From NCBI GenBank assembly GCA_050177605.1, contig JBFXGX010000003.1:23039-83905 (forward strand): a stretch of DNA of 60,867 bases. The letters are read 5' to 3'. Below the pieces are notes generated by a model that did not search any database, was not told the origin of the DNA, and saw only the letters and a program-made list of their open reading frames with translations. The stretch is from Candidatus Izemoplasmatales bacterium (GTDB taxonomy: Bacteria; Bacillota_I; Bacilli_A; Izemoplasmatales; Hujiaoplasmataceae). Each line of letters opens with the position of its first letter. Within the stretch, counting starts at the first letter, position 1. The translations under genes and the position numbers were made by a program. Below are positions 1 to 10,007 of the stretch, piece after piece.

Positions 1-176
1 GGAAGTGGTTTATGAATTCTGGATAAAATCGACTTGAATGTTTCAAGTCCCATTAATACAGTTTTACCACTTGTTTTCTCACGAAAATATTTTAAATCTG
101 CTTTGTAATCCCATGGTAAGTCATTTCCTTTTCCAATGAGAAAATTAGGATCAACTGCAAAAATTAAACTTATCAT
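1..176 (-). CDS. folA: Dihydrofolate reductase, N-terminal part (truncated by window edge)
   Basis: Manual translation from ATG at 176: MISLIFAVDPNFLIGKGNDLPWDYKADLKYFREKTSGKTVLMGLETFKSI; IG.GN.LPW and DLKYF DHFR motifs; starts right after the thyA stop. Confidence 0.93.
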   Translation of the reverse strand, partial: MISLIFAVDPNFLIGKGNDLPWDYKADLKYFREKTSGKTVLMGLETFKSILSRIHKPL

Positions 177-177
177 T

Positions 178-1056
178 TTACACTGCCACCTTTCCTTTAA
201 TTGTTGGGTATGGGTTATAATCTACTAAGATAAAATCCTCAAATACAAAATCTTCGATGTTTGCCGTATCTCTAGTAATCATCAACTTTGGAAGAGGACG
301 TGGATTTCTTGATAATTGTAATTCCACTTGTTCAAGATGATTGGTATATATATGAGCATCTCCTACAGTTTGAATCAATTCATAAGGAACAAGCCCTGTT
401 ACTTTTGCCACAAGCATCAACAAAATTGCATAGCTTGCAATATTAAAAGGAACCCCTAGAAATGCATCCGCACTTCTTTGATAAAACTGAAGCGATAATT
501 TTCCTTCACTAACATAAAATTGATACATCATATGACAAGGTGGTAATGCCATTTTATCAATCAAAGCAGCATTCCATGAATTGACAATTAAACGACGACT
601 ATTTGGATTAACTTTAATTTGTTCAATGACTTCTTTCAATTGATCAACGGTATTATCTTTTCCTTCAAATCCACGCCATTGTCTTCCATATACAGGTCCT
701 AAATCGCCAAAAGTTTTCGCAAATTGTTCATCTTGATTTATTTTCTCGATAAATTCGTCCATTGTTTCGCCAAGATATGAAGGCGATTTTTGATAATTGG
801 CATAGGGCCATTCATTCCAAATACGAACGTTATTTTGAGTTAAATAACGAATATTTGTATCGCCTTTTATAAACCACAATAGTTCGTGAATTATACTTTT
901 GATGTGAACTTTTTTGGTTGTTAAAAGGGGGAATCCTTCTTCTAAGTTGAATCTCATTTGATAGCCAAAAGTAGAAATCGTCCCTGTTCCCGTTCGATCA
1001 CCCTTGGTAGTACCATTTGCAAGAATATGTTCTAAGAAATTTAAATATGTTCTCAT
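178..1056 (-). CDS. thyA: Thymidylate synthase
   Basis: DRTGTGT, MALPPCH (catalytic Cys), YQRSAD, GVPFN, DAHIY motifs. Confidence 0.98.
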   Translation of the reverse strand: MRTYLNFLEHILANGTTKGDRTGTGTISTFGYQMRFNLEEGFPLLTTKKVHIKSIIHELLWFIKGDTNIRYLTQNNVRIWNEWPYANYQKSPSYLGETMDEFIEKINQDEQFAKTFGDLGPVYGRQWRGFEGKDNTVDQLKEVIEQIKVNPNSRRLIVNSWNAALIDKMALPPCHMMYQFYVSEGKLSLQFYQRSADAFLGVPFNIASYAILLMLVAKVTGLVPYELIQTVGDAHIYTNHLEQVELQLSRNPRPLPKLMITRDTANIEDFVFEDFILVDYNPYPTIKGKVAV

Positions 1057-1108
1057 GTCTCATCACCTTATGAAGATTATATCATTTATTTCTTTTTTAA
1101 AAAAGAAA

Positions 1109-1127
1109 AAGATACAAATTGTATCTT
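1109..1127 (-). terminator. Hairpin after ssb (AAGATAC-AAATT-GTATCTT) followed by a T-tract on the minus strand
   Basis: Perfect inverted repeat overlapping the ssb stop; A-run on the plus strand at 1099-1110. Confidence 0.6.
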
Positions 1128-1455
1128 AGTCTTTTGCGGAAGAAATAAAAGAAATTTTCTCGACAATTATTTCGGGATATGAGATTACTTTTTTCCCATC
1201 AACAATATAATCTTTTTGTTGAAGTCTTGCTTTTACACCTACAACTGATCCTTTTTTACAGTATTCAACGGTTGCTTCAGCGATTCCTTGCCAAAGTGTA
1301 CATGTTAAAAAATCTGTTTCATATTCATTGCTTTCTCCACTTTTAAAAGGACGTTGAATGGCTAGACGTATACTCGTCACCATTCGCCCTTCCTCCGTTT
1401 TTCTTAATTCTGGATCGCTAGTAAGTCGACCCACAAGTATTGTTTGGTTTAACAT
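1126..1455 (-). CDS. ssb: Single-stranded DNA-binding protein, short SsbB-like form with no acidic tail
   Basis: MLNQTILVGRLTSDPELR OB-fold start; ATG at 1455 with GGAGGG RBS; ends ISFISSAKD. Confidence 0.9.
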   Translation of the reverse strand: MLNQTILVGRLTSDPELRKTEEGRMVTSIRLAIQRPFKSGESNEYETDFLTCTLWQGIAEATVEYCKKGSVVGVKARLQQKDYIVDGKKVISYPEIIVEKISFISSAKD

Positions 1456-1635
1456 AAAATCCCTCCTTGAAATCATTTTACAAAAAATCATCACTGTTTC
1501 ACAAACTGCAATAAGGAGTCATTTTATTTGGTTCTTGACTGATTTATGAAAAAAACCGAAAAAAAAAGAAGACATCATCGTAATAAGTCTTCATTTTTTA
1601 TCGTTTTTTGAAAATTCGTCGATTATTGAATAAAA

Positions 1636-2208
1636 TTAAAATTTGAATTCAACGTCTTGACGTTTCTTTTCTTCTGCTTCAAAATAAGCTTTCTTTTCCA
1701 TCTTGATTGCATTTGCTACGATGCTTTGTGGGAAAGTAACAATAATCGTATTGATTTGTGTTACATTCGCATTATAAAGACGTCTCGCTGCTTGAAGATG
1801 TTCTTCAGTATTGGCAACTGCAGATTGCAAATCTTGGAAAACAGTATTGGCTTTTAAGTCAGGATACTTTTCGACAACAACATTAATTCCAGATGCAACT
1901 TGATTTAATTGTGACATGAATTCTTCTTTGTCTTTTACGGTTGCATTTTGAGGGATACCAGAACGCCATTTAACAACTTTTTCAAGTGTTTCAGATTCAT
2001 GTTTTGCATATCCTTTTGTTGTTTCAAGCATTTTCGTAAGCATATCAAATCTTTTTGTTAACGCTACGTCGATACCTGATTCAGCTTCGTTTACTTTTAG
2101 TTCAAGTTGACGAAGTTTGTTCATTGTGCCAATATACCAAAGGCCGATTAAAACAACTGCAAGTACTAATACAATGATAATTGTGCTAGTAGTAGATAAA
2201 AATACCAT
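1636..2208 (-). CDS. lemA: LemA family protein
   Basis: N-terminal TM helix, IDVALTKRFD, YAKHE, EKYPDLKAN, ARRLYN, TFP motifs. Confidence 0.93.
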   Translation of the reverse strand: MVFLSTTSTIIIVLVLAVVLIGLWYIGTMNKLRQLELKVNEAESGIDVALTKRFDMLTKMLETTKGYAKHESETLEKVVKWRSGIPQNATVKDKEEFMSQLNQVASGINVVVEKYPDLKANTVFQDLQSAVANTEEHLQAARRLYNANVTQINTIIVTFPQSIVANAIKMEKKAYFEAEEKKRQDVEFKF

Positions 2209-2228
2209 AAATAATCCTCCTATATATT

Positions 2229-3110
2229 TTATTTTTTAAATAAACGATTGTTCAGTTTCATCGCTGATATAACATCTTTGATGACAAGTAAATCTTGTTT
2301 AAATTCTTCAACAAGCGAATTATCAATCTCACGATACATCTTTAACTCAAAAGTATCTTTGTTATTGTTAATCGCTATATACAATACATCACCAGTGAAA
2401 GATAATCCGATACGTCCAGGGTTTCTTTCTTCTAGATGAATAATCGCCTCAATAATGTCAGGGGTTAATACATAAAAAGCACTAAGCTCATCTGTTGTGA
2501 AGGTTCTAAACTTTTTATTAAACTGAATCGATTCAAGTTGTACTTTTTTGAATCCCCGATTAGAAAGTGGTGAACCTGCTTCTAAAACTTGTAAATAGCC
2601 ATCAAATTCTTTGTTAAAAGAAAATTTAAATACACGGCCAACAAAGTAAGGGACATAATAGGTTCTTGTTCCGTTTTTCGTATGTTCAACATGTCTTTCT
2701 TCAAGTCTAACATCACTTGAAATGAATTTTACATCTTCGAGAACACCAGAAATATAGTCTTCAGAATAAAAGCGATCTGCTCTTTTTAGAAATTCAGTGC
2801 CATAAACCTCATATTCCGATAATCCTTGATATGGGTTATAGACTGTTCCAGGCATTAACTCTTTAAACATATTGACTAAGACTTCGTCTTTGAAGCGATT
2901 CGATAGTTTTTTAAAATCTGTCGTCGCTTTCATGGCAATAACGAATCCAACAAATAGTGCGACGAATCCTACGTACATCACTGCGGAATTTTGTAATGCG
3001 AATGCGATAATCCCACCGACACCTACAACAATCCATCCGATGATACTTAATTTCTCGATTTGTTTTTTCTTAATATTAAATTGATTAAAATCATTTTGCA
3101 AGAAAATCAC
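2229..3110 (-). CDS. DUF3137-like membrane-anchored protein
   Basis: Two N-terminal TM helices, EDYISG and LESIQFNKKF...A.YVLTP motifs; directly upstream of lemA. Confidence 0.7.
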   Translation of the reverse strand: MIFLQNDFNQFNIKKKQIEKLSIIGWIVVGVGGIIAFALQNSAVMYVGFVALFVGFVIAMKATTDFKKLSNRFKDEVLVNMFKELMPGTVYNPYQGLSEYEVYGTEFLKRADRFYSEDYISGVLEDVKFISSDVRLEERHVEHTKNGTRTYYVPYFVGRVFKFSFNKEFDGYLQVLEAGSPLSNRGFKKVQLESIQFNKKFRTFTTDELSAFYVLTPDIIEAIIHLEERNPGRIGLSFTGDVLYIAINNNKDTFELKMYREIDNSLVEEFKQDLLVIKDVISAMKLNNRLFKK

Positions 3111-3156
3111 CTCTACATTACATTATACACTATAATAACTAAAAATAATCACTTTT

Positions 3157-4659
<1,503 letters not shown>

Positions 4660-4663
4660 TCAT

Positions 4664-4710
4664 TATTATAACAAATAGTATTTTAAATTAAAATGGTTAG
4701 TGTTATAATA
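4664..4710. promoter_or_regulatory. Back-to-back extended -10 promoters for glpK and the hydrolase
   Basis: TGTTATAAT on both strands (minus 4665-4673, plus 4701-4709). Confidence 0.6.
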
Positions 4711-4737
4711 AATTTAAGTATTTAAGGATGTGAAAAA

Positions 4738-5658
4738 ATGAGAAAAGTTGTATTAAAAGATTCAAGAAGTAATCCTATACATATTTATGTTTATGAACCT
4801 ACAGAGAAGATAAAAGGAATCGTTCATATTATTCATGGCGCAAGTGAGCATTTCGCTCGTTATGGATTATTTGCAGAATATTTAAATCAATCTGGATACC
4901 TTGTCATCGGATGCGATATGCTTGGTCATGGATTATCTACTGAAACGACTGATTATGTCCATTTTGCTGATAAAGAAGGTAGTAAAATAGGGTTTGAGTC
5001 TATTTTACTTGTGAAAGATTATATTTTAGAACATTATAAAGATTTACCTGTTTATATTATGGGGCATTCCATGGGTTCATTTCTAGCAAGAAAAATGCTA
5101 ATCGAATACCCAGACATTTATAAAAAAGGCATTATATCTGGTACTGCTTATGTACCAGGTGTTGTGACTACTTTTGGTATCTTATTAACAGGAACAATTG
5201 GTCTTTTCAAAGGAAAAAAATATGTTTCTGAATTTGTTCAAAATATGGCAATTGATGCAAATCCAGCGAAAATGAAAAAAGATGGTATTATTGGTGATTT
5301 TAAAGAAGCTTGGTTAACCAAGGATGAGACGATTCAACAATATTATCACCACTCTGCAATGTGCGGACAACCTTTTACAGTTACGGCAAATATGAACCTC
5401 TTTGAATGGTTAGCATTTGTGAATTCCAAGTCCAATATAAGGAAAGCTAAAAAAGAGACTCCACTCTTCTTTGTTTCAGGAAAAAATGATCCACTTAGTA
5501 ATTACGGGGATACCGTTATTCAACTTGTCTCAATTTATAAAAAGCTAGGATTCAAATCTATTCAGTATAAACTTTATGAAAATGATCGACATGAAATCTT
5601 AAATGAAACTGATCATGATGTTGTGTTTAAAGATTTACTAGATTTCCTAAACAAATAA
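4738..5658 (+). CDS. Alpha/beta hydrolase, lysophospholipase/monoglyceride lipase-like
   Basis: IHGASEH..RY, D..GHG, GHSMG nucleophile elbow, G..DP, RHEILNE. Confidence 0.88.
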   Translation: MRKVVLKDSRSNPIHIYVYEPTEKIKGIVHIIHGASEHFARYGLFAEYLNQSGYLVIGCDMLGHGLSTETTDYVHFADKEGSKIGFESILLVKDYILEHYKDLPVYIMGHSMGSFLARKMLIEYPDIYKKGIISGTAYVPGVVTTFGILLTGTIGLFKGKKYVSEFVQNMAIDANPAKMKKDGIIGDFKEAWLTKDETIQQYYHHSAMCGQPFTVTANMNLFEWLAFVNSKSNIRKAKKETPLFFVSGKNDPLSNYGDTVIQLVSIYKKLGFKSIQYKLYENDRHEILNETDHDVVFKDLLDFLNK

Positions 5659-5665
5659 CAAAAAG

Positions 5666-5689
5666 AAAAAGCTCTCGCGAGCTTTTTTT
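5666..5689. terminator. Bidirectional intrinsic terminator
   Basis: AAAAAGCTC-TCGC-GAGCTTTTTTTT between convergent genes. Confidence 0.85.
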
Positions 5690-6693
5690 TATGGTTTCAT
5701 CCTTTTTAGTTCTTCAATTACTTTTGGAATTACTTTCGATGCATCTCCAACAATTCCTAAATCAGATACTTCGAATATTGGTGCATTTGGATTTTTATTG
5801 ATAGAAACAATATATCCAGAGTTTTCCATACCACTCACGTGTTGAATAGCTCCTGAGATTCCGCAAGCAAAATAAAGGTCTGGACGAACTGTTTTTCCAG
5901 TTTGTCCGACTTGTTGGTCTTTATCAAGCCAGCCTGTGTCAATCACTGCTCTTGTACCAGATACTTCTCCACCTAACAAAGATGCAAGTTCATAGATATA
6001 TTTCATATTGTCTTTATTTCCAATTCCACGTCCAGCTGACACTAATACATTTGCATCTTCAATCGGTTTCTTTTCTTTTTTTGAGTAGGATATCCCAATG
6101 ATTTGAGTTTGAATATCGTTTTCACTAAGTTCTGCATCAAATAGGATGACTTCACCCTTATAATTTAAGTCTTCTACAGGTGGAATCATTACTCCTGGAC
6201 GAACCGTAGACATTTGTGGACGATGATTAGGACAAACGATTGTTGCCATTAAATTTCCACCGAATGCTGGTCTGGTCATTAAAAGACCACCTGTTTCTGG
6301 ATCAATATCCAAAGAAGTGCAATCTGCCGTGAGTCCTGTATGAATTCTTGAAGATACTCTAGGCGCTAAATCTCTACCTAGCGCAGTAGCACCGACAAGA
6401 ACAATTTCAGGATCATCAAATTTAATCACTTTTGAAAGAGCTAAAGTATAGGTTTCATTTCGATAATAACGTAAGATCTCATGGTCAACAACATAGACTT
6501 TATCTACAGCTTGATGAACAAGATCTTCCGCAAACGCTGTAACACCTTCTCCAATCACTACACAAGCTAGATAGGTGTTTCTTTTATTCGCTAATTCTTT
6601 TCCAATACCAAGGAGTTCAATCGATACCTTGGCAATTTCTAAATCTTTTTGTTCGATGTACACTAATACACCTGATTGATTATGATTATCCAT
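5689..6693 (-). CDS. etfA: Electron transfer flavoprotein alpha subunit
   Basis: GLTADCT, TRPAFGGN, QVGQTGKTV.P, GISGAIQH. Confidence 0.96.
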   Translation of the reverse strand: MDNHNQSGVLVYIEQKDLEIAKVSIELLGIGKELANKRNTYLACVVIGEGVTAFAEDLVHQAVDKVYVVDHEILRYYRNETYTLALSKVIKFDDPEIVLVGATALGRDLAPRVSSRIHTGLTADCTSLDIDPETGGLLMTRPAFGGNLMATIVCPNHRPQMSTVRPGVMIPPVEDLNYKGEVILFDAELSENDIQTQIIGISYSKKEKKPIEDANVLVSAGRGIGNKDNMKYIYELASLLGGEVSGTRAVIDTGWLDKDQQVGQTGKTVRPDLYFACGISGAIQHVSGMENSGYIVSINKNPNAPIFEVSDLGIVGDASKVIPKVIEELKRMKP

Positions 6694-6701
6694 GGTTCCT
6701 C

Positions 6702-7484
6702 CTATAGTATATACAATTCTTTTAATTTATCAACGATTACTTTTGCAGCTTCATTTGCATCCACATCAAAGACTTTTCCAGCTGTTTTTGCACCTTTTGT
6801 AAAGGATTTTTTTACCTTTGTTGGGGATCCTTTTAAACCTAAATCTTCATCTTTAATATCTAAATCAGCCGCCGTCATTGTTTTAATTTTATCACTTGCA
6901 AACGCACTGTAGATATTGCCTACTCTCATATATCTTGGTTCATTGATTTCTTTGAGTACAGTAAATAAACAAGGTGTTTTCACTTCACAAATATAATAGC
7001 CATCTTCGAACATTCTTTTTACTTGAAAAACGTCATTACCATAGTTAATCTCACTAACATAAGCAACGCTTGGGATGCCTAGATGTTCAGCAATTTGAGG
7101 GCCAACTTGCGCAGTATCACCATCAATAGCTTGTCTACCGGCAATAATTAAATCTGGAGCAATCTTTTCAATAGCTTTAGCAAGAGCAAGAGAAGTCGCC
7201 CAAGTATCTGATCCTGCAAATAAACGATCCGTCAAAAGCACAGCTTCATCAACGCCCATCGCAATCGCTTCGCGAAGAGCACTTTCTGCTTGTAATGGCC
7301 CCATCGTTAAAGCGATAACTTCTGCGCCAATTTCATCTTTTAATTTGAGTGCTGCTTCTAATCCGCTTAAGTCATCTGGATTAATAATTGATTGTACACC
7401 TTCACGAATCATGACTCCTGTTTGAGGGTCAATACGAACCTCTTTAGTATTGGGTACTTGTTTCATACATACGACAATTTTCAT
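6702..7484 (-). CDS. etfB: Electron transfer flavoprotein beta subunit
   Basis: KQVP, INPDD, GSDTWATS, AGRQAIDGDTAQVGP, GL.GSPT.V. Confidence 0.96.
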   Translation of the reverse strand: MKIVVCMKQVPNTKEVRIDPQTGVMIREGVQSIINPDDLSGLEAALKLKDEIGAEVIALTMGPLQAESALREAIAMGVDEAVLLTDRLFAGSDTWATSLALAKAIEKIAPDLIIAGRQAIDGDTAQVGPQIAEHLGIPSVAYVSEINYGNDVFQVKRMFEDGYYICEVKTPCLFTVLKEINEPRYMRVGNIYSAFASDKIKTMTAADLDIKDEDLGLKGSPTKVKKSFTKGAKTAGKVFDVDANEAAKVIVDKLKELYIL

Positions 7485-7492
7485 AGTTACAC

Positions 7493-8632
7493 CTACTTTA
7501 ACACTGAAGCTGCAATGACCATACGTTGCACTTCAGATGTCCCTTCATAGATTTCAGTTATTTTTGCATCTCTCATCATACGTTCTACTGGATACTCTCT
7601 TGTATAACCATATCCTCCATGAAGTTGAACTGCTTTCGTTGTCACTTCCATAGCAACTTCAGATGCATAAAGTTTTGCCATTGCAGCTTCACTGCTATAA
7701 GAAAGATTGTGATCTTTATTATAAGCTGCACGGTAAGTTAATAACTTTGCAGCTTCAATCTTTGTTGCTAAATCCGCAATGACAAATTGCGTATTTTGAA
7801 ACTCTGCAATTGGACGAGAGAATTGTTTTCTTTCTTTGGTATATTTGATTGTTTCTTCTAAAGCACCTTCAGCAATTCCTAGAGCTTGTGCAGCAATACC
7901 AATTCGACCGCCATCGAGTGTTTTCATCGCAATTTTAAATCCATATCCTACTTTACCGAGGATATTTGCTTTTGGTACTCGAACGTTTTCAAAAATCAAT
8001 TCGCATGTTGAAGAACCTCGAATACCTAGCTTCTTTTCTTTCGGTCCCACACTAAATCCTGGCATATCTTTTTCCAGAATAAAAGCGGTGATCCCTCTTG
8101 TGCCTTGAAGTTTGTCAGTCATAGCCATGACGATATAGATATCTGCGTACCCAGCATTTGTAATAAAGATTTTCGACCCATTGATAATGTAGTCATCCCC
8201 ATCAGGCACTGCAATCGTTTCTTGTCTTGATGCATCGGTTCCTGCATTCGGTTCAGTTAAGGCAAACGCTCCTAGTTTTTCCCCTTTTGCAAGTGGAACA
8301 AGGTATTTCATTTTTTGATCTTCTGTACCAAATTCATAAATTGGTGAGGAAGCTAAACTAGTATGCGCAGATAAGATAACTCCGGTTGTTGCACATTTTT
8401 TTGATAATGTTTCAACAGCAATTATATAACCCAGCGTATCGCCACCTTCTCCACCGTATTTTTCTGGAAAAGGGATTCCAAGCATTCCTGCTGTTTTCAT
8501 TTTTTGAACTGTTTCAACAGGGAAACGTTCTTCCTCATCGATTTCTTTTGCTAAAGGACCGACTTCCTTGTTTGCAAACTCTTCTAACATTTGAGCAAGT
8601 AATTTATGCTCATTTTGTAAACAGAAATCCAT
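7493..8632 (-). CDS. bcd: Acyl-CoA dehydrogenase, butyryl-CoA dehydrogenase-like
   Basis: FALTEPNAGTDA, NGSKIFITN, QLHGGYGY, IYEGTSE (catalytic Glu); upstream of etfBA. Confidence 0.9.
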   Translation of the reverse strand: MDFCLQNEHKLLAQMLEEFANKEVGPLAKEIDEEERFPVETVQKMKTAGMLGIPFPEKYGGEGGDTLGYIIAVETLSKKCATTGVILSAHTSLASSPIYEFGTEDQKMKYLVPLAKGEKLGAFALTEPNAGTDASRQETIAVPDGDDYIINGSKIFITNAGYADIYIVMAMTDKLQGTRGITAFILEKDMPGFSVGPKEKKLGIRGSSTCELIFENVRVPKANILGKVGYGFKIAMKTLDGGRIGIAAQALGIAEGALEETIKYTKERKQFSRPIAEFQNTQFVIADLATKIEAAKLLTYRAAYNKDHNLSYSSEAAMAKLYASEVAMEVTTKAVQLHGGYGYTREYPVERMMRDAKITEIYEGTSEVQRMVIAASVLK

Positions 8633-9060
8633 TATTTCACCTCGTTTTTTGTTTTCGGTGGTTTGACGAGAGCAAATCCATCAAGCACCATTTCATTTCG
8701 TTGATTAAAGCAACGAGTACTAAGTTTTACTTTCTTGTTATCAATGATTTCGACTACTTCGACTTTAGCAGTAATCGTATCATTAAAATAAACAGGCGCT
8801 GTAAAACGACATTCTTGAGACAAGTAAATTGATCCCATACCAGGAAGTTCCATTCCAAGTAATCTGGAAATTAATCCAGCGGTTAACATTCCATGAACAA
8901 TACGACCGTTAAAAATAGTTGTTTTCGCATATTCTTGATCTAAATGTTGTGGATTAAAATCACCGGTAATTCCAGCGTACAAATAACAATCTGTCTCTGT
9001 AATTGTCTTTGATACTTGTGCAGAATCACCAATCTTAATTTCATCAATAGTTCTTTGCAT
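8632..9060 (-). CDS. MaoC/PhaJ-family (R)-specific enoyl-CoA hydratase
   Basis: ITGDFNPQHLD..YA...F..RIVHGML hydratase-2 motif; ATG at 9060 with GGAGG RBS. Confidence 0.88.
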   Translation of the reverse strand: MQRTIDEIKIGDSAQVSKTITETDCYLYAGITGDFNPQHLDQEYAKTTIFNGRIVHGMLTAGLISRLLGMELPGMGSIYLSQECRFTAPVYFNDTITAKVEVVEIIDNKKVKLSTRCFNQRNEMVLDGFALVKPPKTKNEVK

Positions 9061-9106
9061 ATTATCCTCCATTCTCTTCATGTAATATGAACTTTTATTC
9101 ACCTTT

Positions 9107-9135
9107 ATAATAGTCCTTTTTTGTGCATTTTTCAA
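9107..9135 (-). promoter_or_regulatory. Sigma-A promoter of the maoC-bcd-etfBA operon
   Basis: TTGAAA-N17-TATTAT on the minus strand. Confidence 0.65.
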
Positions 9136-9271
9136 GCATTTTTATAAACTATTTTTTTTCGTAAAATATTAGGTGAATATTTATTCATGTAAATCCCTTA
9201 TTATTTTGGATTAATTATCTCTGTTTCTGGCGATATTTTATGTTTCGCAATGTGGACATTCCTTTAAAATA

Positions 9272-9292
9272 AAAAGACGATTCAATCGTCTT
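9272..9292 (-). terminator. Terminator after radC
   Basis: AAGACGAT..ATCGTCTT hairpin with A-run on the plus strand. Confidence 0.65.
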
Positions 9293-9959
9293 AAATATAC
9301 TTCATGATCGATTCATATCTGTTCTCTCCAACAACAATATGATCAACAACTTTTATTTGTAAAAGATCACCGATTTCAATAAATCTTTTTGTGACTTCAA
9401 TGTCTGCTCTCGATGGCGTTGGGTCTCCAGATGGATGATTATGAATTAATATAATTGTATACGCTGAATATTTTACTGCGTATTTAAAGACTTCTCTTGG
9501 ATGAATCAGCGATTGATTTAATGAACCAACAAACACTTGTTTCTTCGTAATTACATTCGATTTGAGATCTAAGAAGATACAATATAAGGTTTCTTGTTTA
9601 TAGCCGATAAACTCTTGTTCGAATAGATGAAACACATCCTTTCCTGTCGTAATTTTCACTTTTTCATTTTCCATTCGATGAATTCTTTTTCCCAGTTCTA
9701 TCGCAGCTAAAATCGTTGTTGCTTTCGCTTTCCCAATACCTTTGATTTTTGACAGTTCCTGGATGGTGATATCTTTTAAATCTTGAAGGGAAGAAAGAGA
9801 AGAGATAAGAACATTCGAAAGTTCGATGACCGAATATTGTTTTGATCCTGTTCGAAATAAAATAGCGATAACTTCAGCAAGACTTAGTGAAGAAACTCCT
9901 TCGGAAACCAATCTCTCTCTTGGTCGTTCTTCAGCTTTTAGGTCTTTTAGTTTATTCAT
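9291..9959 (-). CDS. radC: RadC family (JAB domain) protein
   Basis: RPRERL, GIGKAKA HhH, HPREVF, HNHPSGDPTPS..D, DH. Confidence 0.95.
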   Translation of the reverse strand: MNKLKDLKAEERPRERLVSEGVSSLSLAEVIAILFRTGSKQYSVIELSNVLISSLSSLQDLKDITIQELSKIKGIGKAKATTILAAIELGKRIHRMENEKVKITTGKDVFHLFEQEFIGYKQETLYCIFLDLKSNVITKKQVFVGSLNQSLIHPREVFKYAVKYSAYTIILIHNHPSGDPTPSRADIEVTKRFIEIGDLLQIKVVDHIVVGENRYESIMKYI

Positions 9960-10007
9960 AAAAAAACACTCCTTTGCTTGATAATACGCAACAAGGAGTG
10001 TATTTCT

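Noticed and set aside
9119..9138. Rex box at the bcd-etf promoter
   Set aside because: TTGTGCATTTTTCAAGCA matches only the left half of TTGTGAA-N4-TTCACAA
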